A stretch of 64,000 nt of DNA from positions 17,732,001 to 17,796,000 of the forward strand of contig OX597832.1 of assembly GCA_951406725.2 (NCBI GenBank). The letters are read 5' to 3'. This document shows positions 44,495 to 57,859 of this stretch, one piece after another. Numbering within the stretch: position 1 is the stretch's first letter; each line of letters begins with the position of its first letter. The notes below the pieces were generated by a model. The model was not told where the DNA came from. It was given only the letters and a program-made list of their open reading frames with translations, and ran no database searches. A program made the translations under genes and the position numbers. Source of the DNA: Octopus vulgaris. Its lineage: Eukaryota.

Positions 44495-44880
44495 CTAATG
44501 AAAGACGTTTATTATATTTGTATAAAATTGATAAGGAATGAAAGGTGTAGGTAACGGTACATGAGATGAACTCCATACATAGCTTACAAAAGGTGTGAAT
44601 GGATGGATGAGGTAGTTATTAGGATAAAAAAGGGCATCTAGCTAATGTCAATCAAGACATCACCCTCAGTGAGGATCAGTCTTGATTTACTCGACAAACT
44701 GTTATAAGACCCTAGAATTGCTCCATTCCTCGTAGCATCTTACTCAAATGTCACCTTGCAATTCTTTTCTCTCTCCATCCACTTTTGACGAAACTTGACC
44801 GAAGAGGAAGTTGCTTGTCAGCAATGGCTTCGGAAGTGTCCACCAGTCATTCTCCATCGACATAGTAACCAGGGATTGTT
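44495..44880 (-). mobile_element. Possible L1/Tx1-clade LINE 3' end, decayed
   Basis: Minus strand LVTMSMENDWWTLPKPLLTSNFLFGQ...KVDGERKEL resembles Tx1 ORF2 C-termini as I recall them, followed by a T/C-rich UTR ending tataataaacgtc. Confidence 0.4.
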
Positions 44881-45039
44881 AATGGATTTTATTTTTACAC
44901 ATCCATCCATCCATACAGGTACCTTTGCACATATACATACATATCTATAGACATATTTGTGTATGTGTTTTAACGGTTATATAATCCTGGCGGTTACTGT
45001 GTTTCTTTTTATGTCATTCTCCGATCGCCTTATCATTCG

Positions 45040-45268
45040 GCTTTGGAAATTTATAGATTAGTGATGGGGAAATGCGACGACGTTCTCGAGGAGACTCTGA
45101 GCACCGATATGATCAAACTGGCCAATCTGTTCCGGAGGAATTTCCGGTGGAACTATCATGGATAAGTTCCAGATGTCCTTGGCCTGGCAGTGCTACCGGA
45201 GGGAGTTACCAGTTCGAGATAAACTCTACAGGCATGGATGTGCTGTCAGACGTGCTTGTCCAAGGTGC
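45040..45268 (+). mobile_element. L1/Tx1-clade LINE fragment, zf-RVT C-terminal region
   Basis: LEIYRLVMGKCDDVLEETL... then, after a frameshift, IMDKFQMSLAWQCYRRELPVRDKLYRHGCAVRRACPRC, the W...R..LP.RDKL...G......CPRC signature of the L1/Tx1 zinc-binding region. Confidence 0.75.
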
Positions 45269-45269
45269 G

Positions 45270-45645
45270 CTCACAGGTCCAAAATTTTAGGGGAGCGTGG
45301 TTAGTCGATAGGATCGATCCCAGTACGAAAACTGGTATTTAATTTATCGACACCGAAAGGATGAAAGGCAAAGTCGACCTCGGCGGAATTTGAACTCAGA
45401 ACGTAGCGGCAGACGAAATACCTATTTCTTTACTACTCACAAGGGGCTAAACACAGAGAGGACAGACGAACGTATTAAGTCGCTTACATCGACCCCAGTG
45501 TGCAACTGCTACTTAATTTATCGACTCCGAAAGGATGAAAGGCAAAGTCGACCTCGGCGGAATTTGAACACAGAACGTAGCGGCAGACGAAATACCGCTA
45601 AGTATTTCGCCCGATGTGCTATCGTTTCTGCCAGCTCGCTGCCTC
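45270..45645 (-). mobile_element. Family A SINE dimer
   Basis: Two gaaaggatgaaaggcaaagtcgacctcggcggaatttgaac cores joined at agacgaaatacctatttctttac. Confidence 0.9.
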
Positions 45646-46185
45646 ATTAGATTAAATACTACCATTCTTATCGAAGGTGTAAGGCAGCTTTGTGAACAGC
45701 TGACCTACGCTGTTCACTGGTGACGTAAGACAGCCACGTCTTCTCTGATGGATAGAAAAGAATACATGAAACGTTGTGTCATGGGACTTGATCCGTCTTT
45801 TCTCTGCATATGGGAGGGATGAGTCTACTTTTGTCGGTAACACACAGTGAGGATTTATAATATTTCAATATATTTTGCATTCTTTTGATATACGTTTTAC
45901 TGTATATAGATATAGCTTTGATGAATTCACACACACACACACACGCATATATACGTATGTGTGTATGTATAAATACACACACATATATATTTATATATAT
46001 TGATAGATACACATACATATATGCATGTATATATATATATTTATGTCTACATACATATATGTATAAATGTATATATATATGTATACACACGCACACATAT
46101 GTAATATATATACAAATAAAAATGTATGTATACACATATTACGCATATAAATACCCATATGATGTAAATACTATATAAATGCGTG

Positions 46186-46254
<69 letters not shown>

Positions 46255-47364
46255 CCGTATGTACTTGTCTGCTTATTTGTATTTATATATGTATATATTT
46301 ATAAATATACATATATGTGCGTTCGCACGCGCGTATGTCTATGTGTCTGTGTGTGTCTGTTTTTGTGAATGAGAAAGGGGTGTGCGCGGTTGTGTTTGTA
46401 TGTTTGTGTGTTTGTGTGTGTGTGTGTGTGTATAAATTATATCTGCCTTGTGTGTACAATTGCCCGCTGTGCTGCAGAGAATGTATTTTAAGATCGTTTT
46501 TAGATGGAATTGTTTGTTTGATGATTGGTCGGTGATTGTAGCTTTAAAAGCGGTGGAAATCTCAATGTTTTGAAATAGAAATAGAAAAAAATACAAAAAT
46601 ATTCCTAAAGTAAATACTTCCATTATTTTCTGTGATTGCTTCTAGCAATTTCTGCCATTCCTTGCGGCAATGTTGTTGATATAGTTGGTCTTGTATTATG
46701 AGCTACTGCGCGCCGGCAGCGCGCTAACGCTGTCTCTTGAGTGCTTTTGCCGTTCTTATTATTGCGCACGTTGTTATTTCACTGGTTTTTGTTTTTCGTT
46801 CATGGCGGTGAAGTTGTCTTCATTTTTATTGTCATTGCCGTTGATGTTGTTTAACCCCAGGTAAATTCCGATCCTCTGGATCTATGCTTACACACATTCC
46901 ATCTATCACCAGCTGGTATTTTATTTATTTGAAGGAAATCCATGAGATAATTGATTATTCACCGTCCCATTTCCAGTATAAAACTTTCTGGTATAAAATA
47001 CTTCGATTTTAGGGATGTTTGGCTGTTATTTCTAACAGCACATGCAAAGACTCATTCCTTCGTTATTTATGTTACCTTTAATGATTTTGTCGTTGGTAGT
47101 GGCGTCATCATTTTTGCTATTTAAATTTAGATTTGCCGTTATTGAAAATAGCGCTAAACTTGTTTCAAGCCGGCCATCTTATTTTTATCTTATGTTCTCA
47201 ATCGCATGTATGTTATCCAATATTTCCTTCCGCATTTAAAGTTGTCAGTATGTATATAAAGATATTATGGTGATATATCTAGGGTCTACAGGCATTCGTT
47301 CAAATATTGGTGCTGTTTTTGTAGTATGCGAATTTGTTATATTGTTCTGAAAACGCTCTTTCTA

Positions 47365-47512
47365 CCGGCTAGAATATTGGCTGAGGACTCTAAATTTATA
47401 AGTTCAATCCTGGGCCATGCAGTGCGATATCTCCTTGGGCAAGGCACTAGATTTTTATGTTGATCTCTCTACTCATCTGTAATAAGAGCCAGGTCTCTGA
47501 TGGCACACCCGT
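47365..47512 (+). mobile_element. Degenerate CORE-like SINE fragment
   Basis: agttcaatcctggg...tccttgggcaaggcact...actcatctgtaa. Confidence 0.5.
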
Positions 47513-47531
47513 CTCTCTCTCTCCACACACA

Positions 47532-47584
<53 letters not shown>

Positions 47585-49168
47585 CTCTCTCTCTACACTC
47601 GCTGTAAACTCTTTCTCTCTCTCTTTCTGTCATTCTCTTTCTATCTATCTGTCGGTCTCTCTCTCTCTACACACACACACTACTCTCTCCACACACAATA
47701 CACAAAAACATACACACACTACTCTCTCTCACTCTCTTCACACACACACACAAACATACACACATACTATTCTCTCTATCTCCACGCACACACTACTCTC
47801 TCTCTCTCCACATACACACTGCTCTCTCTCTCTCTCTCCACACACACATAATCTACTCTCTCTCTACTATAACTCTAATCTCTATTTATCTCTCTCTTTC
47901 TATCAGTCTCTTTCTATCAGTCTCTTTCTATCTATCTGTCGGTATCTCTCTCTCCTCTCTCTCCTTCCTTCTTTATTTCTTTGTCCCAATCTCAATGTCC
48001 CGCAAAAGTGAGGGAACGGAGAAGTTACCTATTTCGCCGTGAGTACATAGGCACCCAAGATAACAAACGAAGTGTGGTGAATGGTATAAAGACACCAGGC
48101 CAAAATCGTTTGCGAGTCACAGTTGACTCAACTATTGTTCTCGTTCCTTATGTCTTCTCATCATTATCGCCGCCGTCAGTGTAGTTATTATTAGGTATAT
48201 GTTATAGATATGTTCTTTCGTAGAAGGCCTTCAAACTCAGGTTACATCGGCAGTTTACTTGGTCAGCGAAACCTTTGCGACGAACGGCAATACTCGACAA
48301 AACGAGCGCTTACGTATCATAATATGCCAAACTGTGAATACCTGTGACCTGGAACAATATGAACTCTCCATGAACCGAACATGAACTCTTCTCCTCGAAA
48401 GCCAATGTCGACAACGGCCATGACGTCCGAATTATCCTTCCAGTGGACCATCGGATATGGTCCACATTCGTGATCGATATGGTGAACTCGCTGGTCGGAG
48501 CCGGCTCAATCCAGTTCGTGTGAATGCCACCTCAAGCACAAACTCTGCAGCTGGCGTTCCATTCCTGTGAAATATCCGAATATTTCCTAGATGACAGTCG
48601 GCTGTACATATTTTTCTTGTTTTTCTAACAAATGTGTCGGATGAAATGTCGTGAGCCCTCACTTTTGAGCGAGATATGGATAGCGTATTCAGTTTGAAGA
48701 CCAAACAATCTCAGTATATGCCAGTATTTTATCTGTCCATCAACACTTACACATAAAAGGCAAAGTTGTTTTCGGCTAAAAGAATGGAGGATTATATCGG
48801 CACAGTATATCTCAAACTCCCTTATTACTCAGCCAATATTATGCCTTTCGTGAATAGTGATATGGTCAATTGCAAAGAACAATTTATAAAGCAATGCCTC
48901 GATATAGGAGTTAATTCGTTGCTGGAGAACGTTCGTAAAGCGAAAACGCATAAACACACTGAATCCCGTAAAAGCTCGTAAACCCGGCGTCTCCTAAAGC
49001 GTATATAGTAATATAGTAATCCTAAAGCGTATATAGTAATACCTCATTATCTTTTGCCTGACCCTTATTATAATAAATATTGCTTAAATTTACCGATAAC
49101 TGTCTTTTACATACCGAACCACTACTTGGTGGAATTATTAATTATTAATTATTTAATTAATTTTACCC

Positions 49169-49252
<84 letters not shown>

Positions 49253-49479
49253 TATTAACAATTGATTGTATACTTGTATGATAAATACATATGTGTGTAT
49301 GAATGTTTGCATATAATTATGAATATATAGTAATACCTTATTTTGTGAGAGGTAAATGGAAATTAAGCTCTTCTTAAGAAGTTCATAACATACCCCATTC
49401 TCTTGTTCGCTTTTAACCACTTACTTGGTTTCTATATTCTTGTTTTGATATTTTAACATATGCTACCCGTTTGATAGAA

Positions 49480-50147
49480 TGTGAGACAACTTATGCTGAT
49501 CTTAGACCCTTTTCAACGACGTTTTCTGTTTTCTTTTTGCGATACACCTTTTTAATAAAGCTGCTTCTGTATCCGAAATTATACTTTCAGGGTCGGTTTT
49601 GCACATATATTTCGAGGTACCATCTTGTTTCAAGGGCAGGATTGAAAATACCTTTTGTAAAAAAATTTGGGCTAATCTTTTTGAGTTTCTAAATCTTTAT
49701 TCACAGCAACATTATAATATACATTTTCCCCAAAGTCTCTGTATTTGATTGTACTGATTGTGTACCACAGGAGTGATAGGGAATTCGCTAATGCAAAATT
49801 GTTGTTTTTCCGTGTTCAGATGTCAAAAATGAACATTTCATTTGGTAAATTACATCGGCATATCACTTAATAATGATGACATTGTAACTAAATTTAGTTG
49901 CTCCACGGCATTGTTAATACATTTCTGGTGTAGATATTTTAAATTTCGTTGGTGCATCTTGCCAGTGTAGGGTCCTGAACACGGTTTATTTGGATTTTGT
50001 TATAGAAACTCTCAGAGGATGTAGTACCAAAATAAACAGAAGCATAGACAGACTGTCACCTTGGAATATTGCACTTGAAATATTTAACATTTTAGCTAAC
50101 CATTCACTTGTCAATAGTGAATATGTATACATAGATATATACATATA

Positions 50148-50196
<49 letters not shown>

Positions 50197-50640
50197 CAAT
50201 ATATATGAACACACACCCATATATACGTATATACATACATGCATATATATATATATATATATACATGCATACATATATTTATACACACACACACATATAT
50301 ATTCATACATGCATACATATATATACATATTACATACATATACAAATATATATATGTACGTATGTACCTACACATATATACATATATATACGTATGTGTG
50401 TGAGTGTATATGCGTGCGTGCGTTTGTGTGCGTGTATATGTATGTGTGTGTGAGTGTGTGGATGTGTGTGTGTGAATATGTAGGCATGCATGTATCTATA
50501 TCTGTGTGGGTGGTTTACCCCTCTTGAAACAAGCGATGTATCAAACATCTTAGGATATTTCCATATAATTGCACACCACCGATTGTATGAAGTTAGGGAC
50601 ATTATTCAATAACACAAATTAAAATGTGATCTTCAACTCT
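49480..50640 (-). mobile_element. Decayed R4/Dong-like RT fragment split by a (TA)/(TG) microsatellite
   Basis: [25 protein letters not shown] ([14 protein letters not shown] motif) at ~50090-50010. Upstream IIWKYPKMFDT resembles WIDY.KAFD. Boundaries approximate. Confidence 0.55.
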
Positions 50641-51290
50641 GGCAAACCTTCTGAGAGTCGCTTACAGAATTTACTGATATAGTTCTCACCTTTGCCCTCT
50701 ACAGATTTGTTATTTGTCAGCATTAGTTATCAATAAACGACTCGTCGGCGTCTAAATGATTATCTTCGTCGTTTGATTGATCCAATCTAAATATCCGATG
50801 CCGTAATAACTGAGGTTGCATACGCATGTTTGTTTGTGTATATATGTTGTAATTTTATTTTTAGCATTTCTCTATTAAATGAGAAGGAGTCGGCTTCCAA
50901 AACAGAAGCAAGACTCTTTAGTTGTAATTTCGGTAGTTTCAGCTAGTTACTAGTGTATGCATGTATGTATGTATGCAAGTGTGTGTGTGAGTTCGTTTGT
51001 ATTTATGTAAGTATGCACTCATGTATGTATGTATATATATAAGTTTGTATGTATTTATGTATGTATTCATGTATGGATTCATGTATGCAACCATGTATGC
51101 TTGTATGTATGCATGTGTGTCAGTTTGTATGTATATATGCATGCTCTCATGTATATATGTATGCATGCATGTATGTATGCATTCATACATGCATCCATGT
51201 ATGCATGTATGGATGTGTATAAGTTTATATGTATATATGTATGTTTGCATGTATGTATGGATGTGTGTAAGTTTGTACGTATATACGTAT

Positions 51291-51525
51291 ATATTTCTTT
51301 ACTACCCACAAAGGGCTAAACACAGAGGGGACAAACAAGGACAGACAAAGGGATTAAGTCGATTACATCGAACCTAGTGCTTAACTGGTACTTAATTTAT
51401 CGACCCCGAAAGGATGAAAGGCAAAGTCGACCTCGGCGGAATTTGAACTTCGAACGTAACGACAGACGAAATACGGCAACGCATTTCGCCCGGCGTGCTA
51501 ACGTTTCTGACAGCTCACCGCCTTG
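51291..51525 (-). mobile_element. Family A SINE inside an (ATGT/ATGC) low-complexity tract
   Basis: Full core and head; 17-bp direct repeat tgtacgtatatacgtat at 51274-51290 and 51539-51555. Confidence 0.9.
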
Positions 51526-51988
51526 TTTTTTTAAAATGTGTACGTATATACGTATGTATGCACTCATGTATATATGTATGTATGCATGTATGTATTCATG
51601 TATAGATGTATGTATAGATGTATGTATGCATCCATGTGTGCATGTATGTATGCATGTATGCATGTATACATCCATGCATGTGTGTGTGTATGTTTGTAAA
51701 ATATATGTATGCATTCAAGCATGCATATACAAATATAAGTATATATGTATGCACCCATGAATGTATATATGCATGTATATATACATGCATATATGTATGT
51801 AAGTGTGCTTGCATCTGCGTCTACCTGCATGTGTGCATGTATTTAATTTCAGATTATAGACATGTATGTTTTGTTTTATGCATACTTAGAGGCGTATATG
51901 TTTGTATATGCGAATGTGTATGCTATAGTTAGAATTTACCCTAATATTTTCATTGTTTCAAATATGAATTGTAATTTTAACATCTTAA

Positions 51989-52186
51989 CCCATTAGTGCC
52001 CAGATCTTTTATTTAATTTGTTACTATTATTATTTGATTTTTTATACAACTGTATCTGATACTAAATATATAAAGAAAGTTTTATTACAATATTTGAAAG
52101 ACACTCCAGCTATGACGACTAAAGATATCTCAGAAAAATACAGGTGTCGTAGAAATATGATGGATTATCCCATGGGCGCTAATGGG
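51989..52186. mobile_element. piggyBac-type MITE (198 bp)
   Basis: TTAA|cccattagtgccca ... tgggcgctaatggg|TTAA: 14-bp TIRs (13/14) beginning CCC, with a TTAA target duplication. Confidence 0.85.
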
Positions 52187-52240
52187 TTAATCATATCCTT
52201 TCTGCTGTGTAGATTGACGTGTGTGTATGCTTGCGTGGGT

Positions 52241-52283
<43 letters not shown>

Positions 52284-52815
52284 GGGTGTGAGATAAGTTT
52301 TCAAGTTGATAATAACACGATTTCCTGTATTTCACTGAACCGAGCAGTAATAAATGGGTAGGTATGCGGTTACATAAAAATGTGTTTGTGTCCATATACG
52401 TCACAGTGCATCAGTAGCGGATGCCAGTATGTGTTACGTCTTCGTACATACGTAAACCAATAGACGTAAACGCACACACACAGACACACAAACTGACAGA
52501 CAGACACACACACAAACACATATACAGTGAATTACGTCCGTGTATGTCAGTGGAGCGCTGAAGGCTGACCCAGATGTATTTTTTGTGTTTAATTAGTGGT
52601 GCACGTCATAGACGAGATAAAGGTGCAAAGACAGCTCCACGCCCATTTTTATTTTTCAAATGCACAGAAGTGTAATAAAGATTTACTATTTAGCAATATA
52701 TATTGTATTTGTGGAGGAAGATATTAAGAAATAAGACGAAATAAGCAACACGTTGTATTTGCTCAGCACACACAAACACATAGATACAAATATATATTGA
52801 TATATAGATATATGT

Positions 52816-52902
<87 letters not shown>

Positions 52903-53030
52903 CATACATAGATACATAGATATACGCACACATATATATACGTGAGTGTGTGTGAGTTTGTGTGTGCGTATGTATACACAAGTTTACTTAGACCGACAAG
53001 GAGACGGATAGGTAGATAGGTAGATAGATT

Positions 53031-53095
<65 letters not shown>

Positions 53096-53122
53096 ATATA
53101 TAGATAGATAGGTACATACATA

Positions 53123-54379
53123 CAGGGTGTGGACAAAATAATTGAAACAACTTAAATTTTCCAACAAATGTATTTTAATATGGGGCAGGACCACTTTTGA
53201 CAGTAATTACAGCTTGAATTCTACGAGATATGGACTTGTACAAAGTTTGAATTGTTTCCAAAGGAAATTTCCTCCATTCTTCAGCTAAAACAGTCTCCAG
53301 TTCTTGTAGTGATGATGGTGGAGGATATCGTCTCCTTACTTGTTTTTCTAAAATGCACTTAAATGGTCAATAACATTGAGATCTGGGGATTTTGGTGGTC
53401 AGATAAGATGTTCAGCTTCACCAGAATGCTCCTCGTGACATTCAGTAACAACTTCAGCCCTGTGAATTGGTGCATTATGATCCTGAATGATTGCGTTTCT
53501 CTCCAGAAACGGTACCGCAGCCACATGAATTTGATCAGATAACGTGCTTAAATAGTTATTTTCTGCCATGTAGGGAAACCATTGGGCTGGCGGATTTCCA
53601 AGATATAGCCCCCGCAAATCATCACAGATCCTCCTCAATGTTTAATAATTGGAAGAAGGCAGTCTGGCTCAAATGATTCTTTTGACTGTCTCCACACGTA
53701 TACTCGGTCGGTGGTCAAAATAATATAAAGAATGACACGTCCGAGAAAATAACTTTCTTCCACTGCTCTAATGACCAAATCTGTAGGTTTTTACTCCTCT
53801 CTAAACGTTTTGTAGCATTTGTTTTTGAAAGTAGTGGTTTTCTCATTGCCTCCCTCCCATGAAATTCGGCTTCGCACAGCTCTCGGTGAACAGTTTTTGC
53901 GGAAACTGGGTTCTCAAGGTGATCATTAAACTCTGCAGTAATTTTGGAAGCTGTACTTTTGTGATCCTTTCTAAAAATTCGTGTAAGAGTCCGGCGGTCC
54001 CTATCTGAATGTTTTGGTTTCTTCCGGAATTTTGTTTCGACGAGGAGGTTGTTTCCTCTTTTTCAAAGGCTGTCATTACTTTCAATAAAGTACTTCTTGA
54101 TACACCAAACATTTCGGCTGTTATCGTTACGCTAGCGCCAGCCATGTGAGCACCAACAATTTGACCTCCCTGAAAATCCGGTAGATCTGTCATTTTAATA
54201 AATTTCAATTACCGTTTTGTGATGATATCTGAAAAGAAACAGCAATGTTAGCAAACCATATTAAACAACACTAATAAATCAAAAAACATAAAAATAAACA
54301 AGCTTTTGACGGTTTTATAAATATTTCAAAATTATGAATCTATGCCCCTAGGTGTTTCTATTATTTTGTCCATCCCTTG
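53123..54379 (-). mobile_element. Full-length decayed Tc1 (DD34E-type) transposon, 1257 bp
   Basis: TA-flanked ~29-bp imperfect TIRs (cagggtgtggacaaaataattgaaacaac / ggtgtttctattattttgtccatcccttg). Frameshifted transposase MTDLPDFQGGQIVGAHMAGASVTITAEMFGVSRST...SGR, WKKVIFSD, QDHNAPIH, PPKSPDLNVI. Confidence 0.92.
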
Positions 54380-54447
54380 TACATACGTAGATACGTATGT
54401 AGTTTGGTAGGTAGGTAGGTAGGTAGGCAGGCAGGCAGGCAGTTAGA

Positions 54448-54707
54448 CATAATGAATACATGCCCCCTTTTAAAGCCTACCTGGGCTTATAGGCCCCGTT
54501 TCCCGGTTTCAATGGCGTATGTGTTCCCCAGCTGGACGGGACACCAGTCCATCGCAGCGTTACTCATTTTTGCCAGCTGAGTGGAGTGGAGCAACGTTAA
54601 ATAAATTGTTTTGCTCAAGAACGCAACGCGTAGCCTGGTCCAGGAATCGAAACCACAAACTTATGATCATGATACTGACACCGTAACCATTAAGCCACGC
54701 GCCTCCA
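54448..54707 (-). mobile_element. Family D-type head/CORE SINE with V-domain-like tail
   Basis: Head tggaggcgcgtggcttaatggtta, centre ttcttgagcaaaaca...ttgctccactccactcagctg, tail tgcgatggactggtgtcccgtccagctgggg...gaaaccgggaaac. TSD caggcagttaga at 54436-54447 and 54708-54719. Confidence 0.88.
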
Positions 54708-55374
54708 CAGGCAGTTAGATATGCATACATCCAACTTCGGTAATATACGCGCTGTATCAGGGTTATGCAATATGAAGTTGTAATTTGCTTTAAGATTCAA
54801 AACGAAACCGTTGATATAGCTTCAATAGTAATGATTGTCTGAGAGAAATTATTCCTCTGTCAATAGTTTTCTTTATTGATTTCTTGTTCGTTACTTTAGA
54901 CTATACATAAATACATATCTTTGTGTGAGTGTGTGCTCGTGTGCGTATATGTGTCTGTGTTTGTACGCTTTTGTAGGTCCAATATGGCCATATTTTATAT
55001 ACACCTAATATGAAATAGAAGTGAAATATCTGCCAAATGTCACCAGCCCTTTGCTCTTCAGACAAACCCACATCAATGATTTGCTTCAGCTGACACCGAA
55101 AAAACTCATTTTAGAAATTATTTTTATTTACATTTACCAGGGCGCATTTAACTACCCGTATCTAACCAACCGCATTCAGTTATATCTTTCACTTTTTCAA
55201 GTTATATATATTTACAAATACGTAAAAATGATAAAAAAATTTATACGTAAAAATCTATTTTGTATGTGATAGCATATTAAGACTCTAATGTATTGGATTA
55301 AACTACACTGAGGAGTTGTGTTGCCAGCTGTGCCGCACTTTCATAGTATTTAAGTTATAGAATAATATATGAGG

Positions 55375-55721
55375 AAGGCGGCAAGCTGGCAGAAGCGTTA
55401 ACACGACGAGCGAAATGCTTGGCGGCATTTCATCTACCGTTACGTTCTGAGTTCAAATTTCGCCGAGGTCGACTTTGCTTTTCATCCTTTCGGGGTCAAT
55501 AAATTAAGTACCAGTTAAGCACTGGGGTCGATATAATCGACTTAATACCTATGTCTGTCCATGTCTGTCTCCTCTATGTTTAGCCCCTAGTGGGTAATAA
55601 AGAAATAGGTATTTCGTGTGCCGTTACGTTCTGAGTTCAAATTCCGCCGAGGTCGACTTTGCCTTTCATCCTTTCGGGGTCGATTATATAAGTACCAGTT
55701 ACGCACTGGGGGTCGATGTAA
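55375..55721 (+). mobile_element. Family A SINE dimer, second unit 3'-truncated
   Basis: Two cores joined at aaagaaataggtatttcg. Confidence 0.9.
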
Positions 55722-56348
55722 CTTCAGGTTATGAGTTGATGGAGAAGAAACAATAAATCATATATTCTCTGGCTGCTCAGTCCTGGCTATAAAGGAATAT
55801 ATTCACAGACGCGACAAATTTGGGACCTATATACAGTGGAAGCTATGCCAAGACTATGGAATAACAACAGAAAAATGATGGTATAAGTACACGCCAGAAA
55901 AGGTCACAGAAAAGGAGAAAGCAACCATGCTATGGGATATGCTAATACACACATATAGAGAAATTAAGGCCAATAGGCCAGATATTAGTTGTCATAGATC
56001 ATCAAGAAAAAATTATTTTTAAGTGATGTATCAATACCAAGAGATGACAAAGTTTCTTTAAAAGAAATGGAGAAACTATCAAAATAAAAAAAAATCTAGA
56101 AATAGAGGTAATTCGAATGAGGCGCCTAAAAACAGAGACAATTCCTATCATAGTGGGCGCATTAGGTATGATACAAAAAAAATACCAAAAACACCAGGAC
56201 TTACAAGTATATGTTACCGCACACATCTTACATAAAACACTTTCAGTGCATTGAAAATACGAGCACCACAACAAACCACATCACATACCCAAGTCACACA
56301 GAGCTGCGCTCGATAGTGCAGCGAGGGCACGCGATTAAAATAATACTA
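55722..56348 (+). mobile_element. R4/Dong-clade non-LTR retrotransposon 3' end (zinc knuckle plus restriction-like endonuclease) ending in (TAA)n
   Basis: FRL*VDGEETINHIFSGC (decayed CCHC), EYIHRRD, LWDMLIHTYREIKANRPDI, DVSIP..D..V..KE.EK and IPIIVGALG; 3' UTR runs into a (TAA)n array at 56349-56425. Confidence 0.88.
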
Positions 56349-56358
56349 AATAATAATA

Positions 56359-56426
<68 letters not shown>

Positions 56427-56704
56427 GAGCATCATGATGTTGATGATGATGATGATGATTTACTTTCCGTGCAAACTGGTTAGGAATGAATTAAAGTGCA
56501 TACTGGAAACAGCGAATCTAATTCTGGAACAAAGAACTTGTTTTGAAGTTATCACCTAAAATAGAGAGAAATATTTAAATATTAATGGTGACACTTTTAT
56601 AATCCGGAATTATGTGTACTTTAAATATATCCGTATGTCATAATGGTTTCCTATCGGTCGTAAATTGTACGTGAAATCTGTCGATCTCCCTAACTATTAT
56701 TTTA

Positions 56705-56729
56705 GAATAGATAGATGAATATACGGATG

Positions 56730-56768
<39 letters not shown>

Positions 56769-56931
56769 GGATAGATAAATGGATAGATAAATAAATATAT
56801 AGATAGATAACATAGACAAGTGCATATTTAAATATACAACGAAAGATATATAGATTGATAGCTAGCTAGATAGATAGATAGACAGACAGATAGATAGATA
56901 AATAGACAGATAGATAGATAGATAGATAGAC

Positions 56932-56985
<54 letters not shown>

Positions 56986-57003
56986 TTAGATAGATAGATA
57001 AGA
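56705..57003. repeat. (TAGA)n microsatellite cluster
   Basis: Directly visible. Confidence 0.95.
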
Positions 57004-57685
57004 TGGTTGTAACTCATTACCCAGTAATACCGTTGCTTAATTATTGTCTCTATCCAGCTACACTATCCAGATTACAAGTTCAGTTAATACATGTGATTAT
57101 TGGGGCCTTCAGATATGTAACATACGGATCATTTCCCTTGGAACGGCAGATCGAGAAATTAATTTTTTGTAAATAAGCATTTTCAAACTTCGGACACTGG
57201 TAGAATGTGCCTTATAAAACATCTTTCAGTCTTAGTGTCGTTGAGAAAAGTTTGTATTTTTCAAAGTTATTTTGCGTTAAATTTGTCGTAATTCGGTAGT
57301 TTCAACCAATCAATGACGTGTATTCAGCTGAATAAAATGACTGCTGTTGTTTGTCAGCAACAAATTCCGGCGGTGCATATTTCGTTTGTCACTGTTATTT
57401 ATGACATCGTTCGTGCGTTTGGGTTTTAGCTTTAGGTTTTCAGGTTTAGGGTTCTCAAAACCAGAGAGGAGAAAGCTTATACGAAGACTACAGGTCCAAC
57501 CTACCACTGGAACTGTAAACATCTCTAAAGCTTTCCAGAAGTTTATCATTTAAGTATATATGAGCATGTCTAGATAGGCAACTATATGCATGAGAATACA
57601 TACATAAAACAACACACTCGGTCAGCACATATACATGCATACATACATACACACACATAAATACATACATACATACATACATACA

Positions 57686-57720
<35 letters not shown>

Positions 57721-57859
57721 TCATAGATACATAGAAAATATCCTGTTTATGTTGTTGAAATTCCAAAGAGAGTGCTTTGGATCAAGATTAGAAACTGGCT
57801 TTTTTCTATATCGGCAAGAAATCTTGAAATGCAACTAAATGGTAACACACATACATACA

